A DNA stretch of 63,332 nt, filler included, from Octopus bimaculoides (lineage: Eukaryota), in assembly GCF_001194135.2 (NCBI RefSeq). It is 3 parts of 3 records of this genome, joined end to end, with 100 filler letters (N's around TTAATTAATTAA, not from the genome) between each part and the next. Parts side by side here need not be neighbours in the genome. Positions count along the whole stretch, not along the records: positions 1 to 25,404 come from NC_068985.1; 2 more parts are not named here. One strand, given 5' to 3'. The notes below the pieces were generated by a model, which was given only the letters and a program-made list of their open reading frames with translations, was not told the origin of the DNA and made no database searches. The position numbers were made by a program, and so were the translations under genes. How positions within the stretch are numbered: the first letter of the stretch is position 1; every line of letters begins with the position of its first letter. Below, piece after piece: positions 1 to 12,400 of this stretch.

Positions 1-414
1 GGTCGCACAGCGACCACAGAGGGAGCGGTACCCTCCTCCCTGGTTGGCTGATTATGAAACCAATTAAGGTAGTTCGGGAGCGAGGAGTGAGTGGGAGAGC
101 CGGTTGAATGATCTATAGATCAGGGGGGCATGTGGTGTTATGGGCTGTGATGAGCTGTGTGTTGTGGTGGAGAGAGGTGAGGCAAACAGAGGTGAAACCA
201 GACCAGAAGGGCCAGACCGGAAGGGTCAGATCAGAAGTCGGCGACACGCGGTTGAAGGCTAGCACGTGGGGTGAGTCAGAAAACAGAGAGGTTACGAGAA
301 AGACGTGTTCTGATCAGGAGCGATCATGTACTCCGCTGCGGTCGACAAGGTAAGGTCCAACGTTTCATTCTGTCCTTTTGCTTCTTGTTGTCTTTTTTCC
401 TCCATCACACCACA
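1..414. mobile_element. GC/CpG-rich repeat, possibly the end of an LTR running off the window
   Basis: Sharp composition change from the AT-rich flank; ends ...CCATCACACCACA then ATATAT. No coding evidence. Confidence 0.3.
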
Positions 415-904
415 ATATATAATCATTAAATGTATAGATTGAATCTATATCTGAACATTTACAAATGGGAGATATTCTACATGTTTATATAAGTATATAC
501 AGATATATCATGAATTAATTACATTAATATTAGTATTAATATTTATATTCATAAAATGTAATTCCTATATCGTATTGAAACATGTGTAACACAGAATTAA
601 AATGGTACCACATATTCCAGTTTTTGTATTAATAATCACTAAAAATAACAAGTTTGCTCAGCAAGTAGCTTGATTTATATAAATAGCACTTTGTTGATGA
701 TTTTATTCATATTGATTAATCTTGCACAAAACTATATTTAGTACCATTCATGTACTTTTTTGGTTTTCTTCTTAGTTTTTTGAATGCTGAATCTTGTGTC
801 TGGAGACAAGTAGCACACATAGTCTTTGTCAATCCTCTAAGACTAGTGAGATTCATGCTATCAATGTTTCTCTTCACCCATTGAAAATCAATGCTGGCAT
901 TAAA

Positions 905-1830
905 GATATGAGGAAAGAGGAAGTTCCAGATGGTTGACGTTCTGGGGAAGGACTAGGTGTGAAATGCTAGCGTGGAGCCTGGGTGGATTAGACACTATAA
1001 GAGTAACAAGAGAAGGAAAGATGAATTGACCAGGAATACCTAAGAGATGATGGTATGAGCCCAACTACTTCCAAAGAAGAAAAGTTATTATAGCGGCAGG
1101 GAAGAAGATAGAGAGAAAAAATAGTGTGCCTATAGGCAAGAGTTTGGAACATGTCTATGAGTAAATTTGTGTCTCTCAAGTTGGCTGGCACTTTTTTGGA
1201 TGTGGTGGAAAATGTGTCAATCAACAGCACCATTCTAGATGTGGAACAATACTCCATTGAAAGCATCACCAGAGCTTTGTAAAATATCAATAATTGTTTG
1301 GAGTTAAAGTATCTTCAGGTCCTGAAGATACGAGCTACTTGTTGACATGTGGTCTTACCTGAATATAAGTATGTATTTTTATCAGAAGACCTCTTTGATT
1401 GTAGTGAGGGCTAAAATTTAGAATAATTGTGTGTGCTCTACCTGAATTGTTGCTTATTTTTAAAGCAAGGTGCTTTCTTGATATTTTCTTCATATGAATA
1501 TTTGTAGGGTTTTTTCCTCTTCAAAGAAATAAGCTTGGTCTTTTCCTCATATGAGAATGCTTTCAAGATCTTCATTTATTGGGCTGTTATAGGTTTGGTG
1601 AATGAAGTCTAAGTTGCAAAGCAGATGATACTTGGTTGGGGAAGGTGAGGAGAGAACAAAAGGTTGTATCACCTATGTAAGAGTGGGTGATCATTCGTGC
1701 ATGGAAAGAGAAAAGTGGGGGACAAAATTGAACCCTGGTGCACACTGGAAGCAATAGAGTAAAGAACAGAAAGAGCTCTTTCAACACTCAGTGCAACATT
1801 GAGACTCTAGCCTTGTGTCAATGTCAGAAA
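905..1830 (-). mobile_element. Degenerate L2/CR1/Jockey-group LINE, RT C-terminal part
   Basis: Frameshifted SVHQGSILSPT (cf. GVPQGSxLSP), HSYIGDTTF (cf. YADD) and FYKALVMLSMEYCS..LAYRH (cf. LYKAxxRPxMEYCS..LxHRR). Confidence 0.75.
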
Positions 1831-2199
1831 TTAGTATTAAAATAAAAATAGGGTGGTGAGTGACTGAAATGGTAGAGTGATGGATTAAATGTCTTGTGGT
1901 ATTTAATAATATGCCTTTCCGTCTGAGTTCAAACCCTACCAGGATTTTTCTGGGCTTGATAATATAAATATTAATCAAGTTTTGAGGTTGATATCTATAA
2001 CTGACTGTTCTCTCCACCTCCCATCCTTCATCCTCCTAAAAATTGTAGCCTTGTGCAAACATTAGAAATTATTATATCAAATATTAGAAATAATTTATTA
2101 CTCTCACAGTCAGTTGAATCACTGGCAAATACTAGAAAAGAATATGCTTTGCTAAGGAAGCCTAGCACAATTGAAACATTACCAAAGTTGCACCATGTG

Positions 2200-2460
2200 G
2201 AGGTGCATAGCTTAGTGGTTAGGGTGTTGGACTCATGATCATAAGATTGTGGTTTCAGTTCCCAGACCAGCAACAAACACAATATGTTCTTGAGGCAAAA
2301 CACTTCATTTCACATTGTTCCAGTTCACTCAGCTGGCAAAAATAAGTAATCCTGTGATGAACTGGTGTCCTGTCCTGTCCAGGTGGGGAATTTATACACC
2401 ATGGAAAACAGGAAACCAGCTTAGGAGTTGGCATGACTCAAGAAAGTAACTTTATCTTTA
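2200..2460 (+). mobile_element. tRNA-derived SINE
   Basis: A-box TAGCTTAGTGG and degenerate B-box GGTTTCAGTTCC, CORE-like TCTTGAGGCAAAACACTT, short simple tail. Confidence 0.7.
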
Positions 2461-2559
2461 CCTAAAGTTGCACTGTACATACCAAAGATGAGATGGAATT
2501 AACATTAGTCTTTTAGCTAATGTTTTATCTCATCACTGCATGCATGATTCATATTTTAG

Positions 2560-2790
2560 TTAAACCTTTTGATACCAATCCACCTGAGACTGCTTTTGGT
2601 TTTATGATACAAACGTTTTGTTTTAAATGACTTACATCAAAATCTTCCATCAAAATTTTATATCAATTTATGTCCCAAACACCAACTTAATAATGATAAG
2701 GTTATTTTATTACATTCTTCATTATTTTTTAACAGAATGAAATTAAGGCAAAATATTTCAATAGAATTATATGGTTGCAATATTAGCAAC
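2560..2790. mobile_element. Non-autonomous DNA-transposon-like repeat (piggyBac/MITE-like left end TTAAACCTTTTGATACC)
   Basis: Recognised from memory as an abundant octopus repeat beginning TTAACCCTTT; right end degenerate. Confidence 0.4.
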
Positions 2791-3248
2791 ATGCCAGAGT
2801 AATCCCATATTAAAGAATTTATATTTTAATTAGAATTTCTGTTAAAAATTTAAAGAATTAGATCATGACCTTTCAATGGGCCTGCTTTAGCATAATATAT
2901 GCAACAGTATATATATAAAGTTACAGATATTTTATCACCTCTTCAGAGTCTTGATAATATTGAAAAGTAATTGAAACACACAATCAGTATACTCATTAGA
3001 AAGTTATTAGAAATAATAGAAAGTGTTAAATCTTTGGACTGGTTACTTTTTATCCTTGATCAATTGATTATCTGGGTCTGTTATCACTCTTCCCACCTCT
3101 CTCTCTCTCTTTCTTAACACAGATTTTAACTAATTTCAGTATAAGTATATTATAGCTGTAAAAAGGTTTGAACCCAAAGCAACAGTATCTATATTCTGTC
3201 ACAAGTATTCTAAATGTCAAAAACACAATAAAAAATATCTCAACTGAC

Positions 3249-3452
3249 CTGAACAAGGTGGATATTTGAAAGAAACTGACTGGTTATGCTTGCTCCACAT
3301 GTGATAAGGACCACAAGCATAAATACTGGGTCCAGGTAATACTAATTTATGACTAGCATCATTACATTTCGGCTCACACAGCAGTGAATCATTTTCTTTC
3401 CAGCAATGTTGTGTACCTTGATATGGATCACTTGGTTTTTTACATTCAAATT
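3249..3452 (-). CDS. Exon: Sushi/CCP-like domain
   Basis: ttattcaacag|AA...G|gtcagt, 204 nt, phase 1/1. [67 protein letters not shown] follows the CxxPxxPxxG...C...C..GxW...PxC pattern. Confidence 0.88.
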
Positions 3453-6400
3453 CTGTTGAATAAAGTAAAAATTAAAATATTGTTCAACAGCTAATTATGA
3501 AGCAGAAGAAAATTTTGAAATAAAGAATATGCAAATACAAACCTTTTAAATGATAATGAAGTTTAATTTGAGAAAACATCTATTTATTATACTTTATTCT
3601 TGTAATAGGTTTGCAAGATCCTGGATGTGAATTCATGTGTTGAAACAAATCCTGATGTCTTGGGAGGGTCATTACATCAATAATAACAACACACACACAC
3701 TGATTCAATGCCACCTCTATATTCATCATCATCATCATTTAATGTCCATTGTCTATGCTCGCATGAGTTGGATGGTTTGACCAGGGTTGGCAAGTTGGAA
3801 GGCTGCACAAGACTCCAGCCTGATTTGGTATGGTTTCTACGGCTAGATGCCCTTGCTAACGTCAATACCTAGCCAATATCTAACTAACTAATTGATTGTT
3901 TGATTAAGCAGGCTTGGTTAGGATAATGAACCATGTGTCTTCCCTGAGCAGACCCTACAAAATAAAGAAACAAGCACAAGACTTTATGCACTGTATGTAG
4001 TTCTCTAGTTATGACCATAGAGGTAGGCTTAGAGTGTACATGTGGTGGCTAAGAAGAAATTAAATAATATCGTAAGGATGCCAGTAGAACCTGCCCTAGA
4101 TACTAGGGCAAACAATGGAACAGAATACAGTACTTATGCATTGAAAAATATATCTTTTTACTTGTAATATATATANNNNNNNNNNATATATAATGTATAT
4201 ATACTGTGCAAAACATGTCTATATGTACTGTACTTACGGTGGTTAAAAATTCTGAAGGTGCACACAGCTGATGAATTGTATTGATCAAATCCAATGTAGA
4301 TCACAGTATAGTCACCCCAATCAAAATTGGTAACTGAAAGTATAAATAAAATGGGCTATGTTTAGCAATGTTTAATGTAGTGTTAATATAGGTGGGTGAC
4401 ACAAAGATTGTGTGGTGGTAGGTCTAATATTCTTAGTGTTGTGGTGGTGGTAGCTGTGGTACCAGTGGTGGTAGTGGGTAGTTGTAGTAGTGGTGGTAAT
4501 GGCGTTGATGGTGACAGTAGCAACAGTGGCAATGGGGATGTTGATCTTAATGATATCAGTGTTATGATGATAATGGCTGTAATGATGATAGTGGAGATGG
4601 TGGTGGTGGTTGTGCTGCTGGTGCTGGTGTGGTGGAGATGCTTCACAGTATCTATTCCATATCTGTATGTTCAAATACTAGTTGCTCTCACCAAAACAGA
4701 AAAAGTAAATAAACGATATTTGTTCTGGTTCGTAATGTTTTAATGTTCTTAGAGTTCACTTTGTTGTAAACAGTTGGGTGGTTTTGGTCTCTGGTTCAAG
4801 GATAATTTCTTCCCTTCTTTCCACCAGTCTCCAAGACCCTGCAAAAAATATAAGGCCATGGGCACTGCCCTTCCTTCTCTGACATTTTTAACTTGTTTTA
4901 ATGTCCACTTTTTCGTTACTGTATGAGTTAGGTAGAATTCCTTGAGACAGAATTTCTAAGGCCAGATACCTTCCTTGTCACCAGCCTTCATCTATTTCAA
5001 ACAAGGTAATATTCTCCCATTGTCCTCCACATTTTCATGGAAAATTGAAAATAAATTACACTACTTATATAATATTGCTGCTCATGACTCAAGAAAGAAG
5101 ACGAGTATTACAGCAAGAATGAGTACTGTGCATAGCAGAAACATCCGACCCAGAGTCACAAAATCTGATTCAACAAAACTTGTGCCATGGTGTGGGAGTT
5201 TTGTCATCTACCTCAGTGAGTGGCCCTTGGCATCTATGGTGTCACAGTGGAAGGGGACAAAACACCCACAAAGCTGCTTCTCCATACGATGAGAAATCAA
5301 TTCTTGCATTGTCAGCAGACAAATGTTTGCCCAAAATATGTGACATTGCTGCTTATTCGTGACTATCACAGTGTCAAGATGAGACAGTCACACATTCATA
5401 CACACACACACACTTATATACACACACTGACATACATGCACACAAGCATAAATTTATACAATGGGTTTCCATAGTCAGCTGGTGATATAGTTAAATACAC
5501 ATGCTCCAATGCCAAGCATTGAGACTGAACCTGAAACCACCTGGCTAAAAGCAAACTTCTTAATCACACATACAAAAAAAAAATCTTAGTTTTCCATGAA
5601 ATGTGTTATTACCAAACAGAAAATAATTAAAAGAATTATAAATATTAAGCATACCTTCTGGTTCATAATTAAAAACAACTCTGTCAACATCTTTAAACTC
5701 TGGTTTGCTCCACTTCAGAGTACTCCAGGGCATAGATATATACAGCTTGTCAGAGGGGCATTTAATCACAGTTGGCAATGATACTGCAAATAGAAGTGAG
5801 ATTTATTTTGTTTAATCTATTTTTAATCTTTTGTTCTGAATGTAATGTACAAAATAGATAGAAATTGTCAAAAGCATCACATTGTAATCATCATTCAACT
5901 CTATCTGTCTACCTATCTATCTATCTATCTACCAGTCTGTCTCTGTGTGTATTTCTCTCTCTATATATATATATCAATCACCCACTACTGCTCTTGCAGC
6001 CTGAGGTGCCACCTAGGTACCACAACACCACTGTCTATCACCTTGGAGATACCTTACTTAATTCTCCCTCTCTCTCCCAAATGTGAAGACTCCTATGCAA
6101 AAACCTCTTGTCCAGCTCCACCCCTTGTATTTTAACCTCCATCTAGCATACAAAGGCAACATCTTCCTTCCCTGGGTTTTGTTGACTTACAAGCTACATG
6201 ATTTCAATAGTGCTAATGGCATGTAAAAAGCACCCAAATACACACAGTAAAGTGATTAGTATTTGGAAAGGCATCCAGAAGACACTGGAGTACGATGCAA
6301 TCCTAGACTAATTGAACCTTTACCAAACTATTCAACCAACGTCAGCATGGAAAATAGATACTAAGTGATGTTGATGATGATAATATGTATGTATGTCTGT

Positions 6401-9400
6401 TTGTCTCTGTGTATTCACATATCTGTATATAGATATACATGTTATATATATATATCCATATACGTGTGTAGATATATACATGGGATATATACATACATAT
6501 ATATATTAATAATAATAATAATAACAATAATAATCATAATAATAAGGATCTAGTTTTTTCATTTGCAAAATATGCATTTTTTAAAAGGAAGTAAAAAATC
6601 TGAAAATAGGCTATAATAATGTAGCCTTTCAGTTTCATTGCTTTGAAGGTATTATGTTGTGGAGAAAAAAAAATTGAAGAAAAAGTTGCTGAGGTTTAAA
6701 AATCGAAAAAAACTGAGTATTTTTAGCCAATAGCAAGACAGAAATTTTCTGCGTTTAGCGGAGCGTTGTCAACTTTGAGGCTGTACTCTGTGAAATTTAT
6801 AGTTTAGCATCTGACCTGTTCATTGTAGGTTTCTAAACAAACAGAAATACCTAATAAAATCAACATGTATCATCTTACTATTTCTTTTATCTAGTCATTG
6901 TATGTTATTATCGTTTTTTAAAATTTGTTATATCAATATATTTGTCTGTACGTGTTTACTTTATGTGTACTTCAGTATTATGTATACTTGCCATGTATTT
7001 ATGTACATCATTAATATATATGTGCGTGTGTGTGTGTGTGTGTGTGGGTGTAAACTATGGTAAGACTAAGGATCTAGTTTTTTTCATTTATAAAATATGC
7101 ATTTTTTAAAAGGAAGTAAAAATCTGAAAATTGGCTATAATAATGTAGTCTTCTAGTCTCATTGCTTTGAAGGTATTATGTTGTGAAGAAAAAAAGTTAC
7201 AGAGGTATAGAAATCAAAAAACGTATATTTATAGCCAATGGCGAGACAAATTTTCTGCGTTTAGCGAAGCGGTGTCAACTTTGAGGTTGTGCCCTGTGAA
7301 ATTTGTAGTTTAGCATCTGACCTGTTCATTGTAGGTTTCTAAACAAACAGAAATACCTAATAAAATCAACATGTATCATCTTACTATTTCTTTTGTCTCT
7401 TCATTATGTGCGTCTGTCTCCAAAACTCCAAAGTCGAGTAACGTTTTCATGCTTGGATTTGTAAACTACGATAAGAATAACACTGGTCAACAAAGAGTTT
7501 GTCCTAAGGAAAAGAATATCTGCATTTTATATGATTTTGCATGCAGAATTCAGAAATAACGTCAAATTATCTATATCACCCACAGTTTCTCTGTTCCACG
7601 GGCTAATTGACATTTTTATTAATAGAGTTAATCTAGTGAAATCATAAATCCAGCTATCTGAGTCAACGAGTCCCCAAAATATATGAAATGAAAAATATGT
7701 AAAAATACTAACACAGAAAAAGCATAGAAAAATACTAACACACAGAAGCACAGCTGCACAGACAACAGTGAACCACAACACAATGTGAGGCTGTCATGGT
7801 AACAAGCTTCTAATGACACACTGTCTGTTGATTGGCTAAAATTACCCAAATTTTCCAAATTTAATTCCAAATAACATCAGTTTCTTTAATTTACGGGATA
7901 AAGTAATTGGTTGATCGTAATCAATATTCAGAGTTGCATTGATACACAAAATTGAAAGCAATCTGAGCAAAATTAAGTGGGGCTCATTTTGCGAATGAGA
8001 AAGACCAAAACCAATAAGCAGCACAACCTCAAATGATGTCAGTTTAAAATTCCTTCTCCCTTTTTTTTTATCTTCAAATATTCCTACATAGCTACGCCAA
8101 AGAAAGTCAGTTAAAGATTTCTTCATCTTGTTTTTTTTTTGTTTACCTTCTCATGTTCTTAACTAGGTACTCTAATGAAAAGACGGCTTTGCCATGAGGC
8201 TAGCAGCACAGCACCAAAGAACATCAGTTTAAAATTTCTTTTCTTTTCTTTTTTTGCTTACCTTCAAATCTTCCTATGCCAAAGAAAGTCACTTGAAAAT
8301 TATCTCCCTCTTTTCTTTCTTTCTTTTTTTTTTTGTTTATCTTCAAATATTCNNNNNNNNNNNNNNNNNNNNNNNNNNNNNNNNNNNNNNNNNNNNNNNN
8401 NNNNNNNNNNNNNNNNNNNNNNNNNNNNNNNNNNNNNNNNNNNNNNNNNNNNNNNNNNNNNNNNNNNNNNNNNNNNNNNNNNNNNNNNNNNNNNNNNNNN
8501 NNNNNNNNNNNNNNNNNNNNNNNNNNNNNNNNNNNNNNNNNNNNNNNNNNNNNNNNNNNNNNNNNNNNNNNNNNNNNNNNNNNNNNNNNNNNNNNNNNNN
8601 NNNNNNNNNNNNNNNNNNNNNNNNNNNNNNNNNNNNNNNNNNNNNNNNNNNNNNNNNNNNNNNNNNNNNNNNNNNNNNNNNNNNNNNNNNNNNNNNNNNN
8701 NNNNNNNNNNNNNNNNNNNNNNNNNNNNNNNNNNNNNNNNNNNNNNNNNNNNNNNNNNNNNNNNNNNNNNNNNNNNNNNNNNNNNNNNNNNNNNNNNNNN
8801 NNNNNNNNNNNNNNNNNNNNNNNNNNNNNNNNNNNNNNNNNNNNNNNNNNNNNNNNNNNNNNNNNNNNNNNNNNNNNNNNNNNNNNNNNNNNNNNNNNNN
8901 NNNNNNNNNNNNNNNNNNNNNNNNNNNNNNNNNNNNNNNNNNNNNNNNNNNNNNNNNNNNNNNNNNNNNNNNNNNNNNNNNNNNNNNNNNNNNNNNNNNN
9001 NNNNNNNNNNNNNNNNNNNNNNNNNNNNNNNNNNNNNNNNNNNNNNNNNNNNNNNNNNNNNNNNNNNNNNNNNNNNNNNNNNNNNNNNNNNNNNNNNNNN
9101 NNNNNNNNNNNNNNNNNNNGCACAACACCAAAGAAACTTAATTTAAAATTTCTTCGCCCTCTTTTGGGCTTTTTTGTTTATCAATGTTTATCTTCAAGTA
9201 TTCCTACCTTGCTACTCCAAGGAAAAGATGACTTAGCCATGAGGCTAGCAGCACAGCACCAAAGAACATCAGTTTAAAATTTCTTTTCTTTTCTTTTTTT
9301 GCTTACCTTCAAATCTTCCTATGCCAAAGAAAGTCACTTGAAAATTATCTCCCTCTTTTCTTTCTTTCTTTTTTTTTTTGTTTATCTTCAAATATTCCTA

Positions 9401-12400
9401 CATAGCTACGCCAAAGAAAGTCAGTTAAAGATTTCTTCATCTTGTTTTTTTTTTGTTTACCTTCTCATGTTCTTAACTAGGTACTCTAATGAAAAGACGG
9501 CTTTGCCATGAGGCTAGCAGCACAACACCAGTCAGTTTAATATTCCCCCCTTTTTTCATTTTCTTTTTTTCTTTTGTTTGTCTTAAAATATTCATACCTA
9601 GCTACGCCAAAGAAAGTCAGTTAACAATTTCTTCTCCCTCTTTGCTTTTTTTGTTTATCATTAAATATTCCTACCTAGCTGCTCTGAAGAAAAGACCGTT
9701 TTGCCATGAGGCTTGTAGCATACACTTGAGTGAAATTCCTCTCCTCTCTATTATATATATACATATGAACGTAGTAGATAACAGCTAGCCTTTGGCCGCG
9801 TTTTGGACCCTGTTGTGTCCACTACTCTGATTGGTTGGTATTGGTGCAATTTATCTCTTTCTCTAGCATGCGCCAATATGCAGCCTTCAAATAAGGTCAT
9901 GTGTGACAGCCTGTTTTCTACCCAGCTTTGAGGCTACAATTCCTTATAAAACTCATTGTCTCAATGTCATTCAGTTCCAGACCTTTTAAGGTCTGGCCAT
10001 TGACCACACAAGACACCACCAGTTCCAGCAACACCACAACAGCAGCCACATGGGACTCACTAACTTCGTCCAACAGCATTCGGCCATCTCCATCTCTGTC
10101 GCCACCATTCGTCCTAACGTCAACATCTCTCTACATACACATCTCAACAAGCAACTCGCTCTGGTTACAACACTGCACTGTTCGTGAATTACTTCACCAT
10201 GGATCAACAGCAAGTATACAATCTGCAAGAACTCCTGTACCAAATGACCCAGGCAGCAGCATCTCAGCCACAACTTCATGTACGACATGTACCACAACCG
10301 GCTCGGCATCATCGCCGCGACTATCATGTACAATTGACTACGAACTGGTATTTATAATTTTTGTGTCTATGAACTTACTCCTCACTTCGATGGCTACAGA
10401 CTCTTTCACAGTCTCTTCTTCATCGCCATCCTTATATGTTCTTAACATGCATACGTCTATGCCTACACACACACGCATACATACTACTCTTATGTTGGCC
10501 TGTCTATTATTCTGTATATATGACGCACACACAATCACACATATTAACATATCAATAACTCTTCTCTTAAACATTCTACCCGGTTGTGTCTCTTATTTCC
10601 CTCTGACACATATATGCATTGTTCTATTTATATTTATTGTATCGACCGTGTGATGTACTAAGGAGCCATTCTTATCACCTCACTTTGCACAGATGTCACA
10701 AATCGGCAACCTGTTCCAGATCCTCAAGACTACAGAAACAATTATAATGGAAGGAGATACTCCACAGGTATCTCAACCTTCATGCCCATTATAGGGTTTT
10801 AGCACAATGCCAAATAACGTCGGTTTAAAATTTCGACCTCATGTTTATCTTAAATATTCCTACATAGCTGTGCCAAAGAAAGTCAGTTAAAGATTCTTCT
10901 CCCCCTTTGTTTTTTTGTTTATCTTCTTCAAATATTCTTACCTAGGCATTGTAATGAAAAGACGGCTTTATGATGAAGCTAGCAGTACAATGCCAAAGAC
11001 AGTCAGATAAAAATTTCTTCTCTCTCTCTTCATTTCTTCTTTTTTTGTTTCCTTCTCTTAAAATATTCCTACCAATCTACGCCAAAGAAAGTCAGTTTAA
11101 AATTTCCTCTCTAATGAAAAGATGGCTTTGCGATTGAGGCTGGCGGCACAGCACCAGAGAATGTCAGTTTAATATACCTTCTCCCTTAAAAAAATTTTTT
11201 TTATTTGTTTATCTTAAAATATTCCTGCCTAACTATGCCAAAGAAAGTCGGTTACAAATTTCTTCTCCACTTTGCTTTTTTTNNNNNNNNNNNNNNNNNN
11301 NNNNNNNNNNNNNNNNNNNNNNNNNNNNNNNNNNNNNNNNNNNNNNNNNNNNNNNNNNNNNNNNNNNNNNNNNNNNNNNNNNNNNNNNNNNNNNNNNNNN
11401 NNNNNNNNNNNNNNNNNNNNNNNNNNNNNNNNNNNNNNNNNNNNNNNNNNNNNNNNNNNNNNNNNNNNNNNNNNNNNNNNNNNNNNNNNNNNNNNNNNNN
11501 NNNNNNNNNNNNNNNNNNNNNNNNNNNNNNNNNNNNNNNNNNNNNNNNNNNNNNNNNNNNNNNNNNNNNNNNNNNNNNNNNNNNNNNNNNNNNNNNNNNN
11601 NNNNNNNNNNNNNNNGGTGTGATTTATTTATAAACAGCTAAAAGAAAACGGATAATACTGGTAAGTTGTTCAGTTATTTCCCTTGAATATTTTTATTTTT
11701 TTTATCCCCCTAAACTTGAAGATTACCCAGTTGAAAATATCTTTTCCCTGTTTTTTTTTATTTTGGCTTTTTGTTCAAGTATTCCTACCTAGCTACTCTA
11801 TTGAAAAGACGGCTTTGCCATGAGGCTAGCAGCACAAGCCAAAGAAAGTCTTTTCAATTTATTATTTTTTTGCTTATCTTAAAATATTCCTACCAATCTA
11901 CGCCAAAAGAAAGTCAGTTAAAAATTTCTTCTTCCGCTTTTCATTTTTCTTTTTTTTTGTTTATCATTTTAAATCATTGACATTTGGACCTGGTGAACAG
12001 AGATTTTATACAGGGTTCAAAATAGTAGACAAGAAGAAACTCAATGAATGGGTCAGGAAGATAAATATCACTGGTGATATCAGGACTGACATCACAGACT
12101 CCAACAATCTGATAAATGTAATCTCGATCTTTGTAGCTCGGAAGTTAGGTTTGAATGCCCAAGGTAAATGTCAACATAACCTAAAGGAACCATGGTGGAA
12201 AAGGAGAATAATGCAGTCTATTAACGGGACCAGAAAAAAATATTTTGGAACAGTGAGAGAAATATGTTGAGCTAGAGAAGAAGTGTAGAGTGAAGAGAAA
12301 GGGAATCAATGTTTTGATTGGCGCATTAAAACAGAGGTTGAAAGCTAAAGTGCATAAACTAAAGATATATGAACAGAAAATTGAGCAATATAGAGCTAAG

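Noticed and set aside
4383-4646. Thr-rich mucin-like ORF on the gene strand
   Set aside because: Degenerate trinucleotide repeat with no compatible splice sites, lying between two halves of one HYR domain.
4750-4838. Possible extra exon after a strong acceptor (tattttttgcag|GGTCTTGG)
   Set aside because: In the required phase it reaches a stop with no phase-1 GT donor, and the two HYR exons already join correctly without it.
8175-9277. Long ORFs of 260-320 aa here and at 11205-11633, 27750-28506 and 37099-37486
   Set aside because: They are runs of X translated from N gaps.
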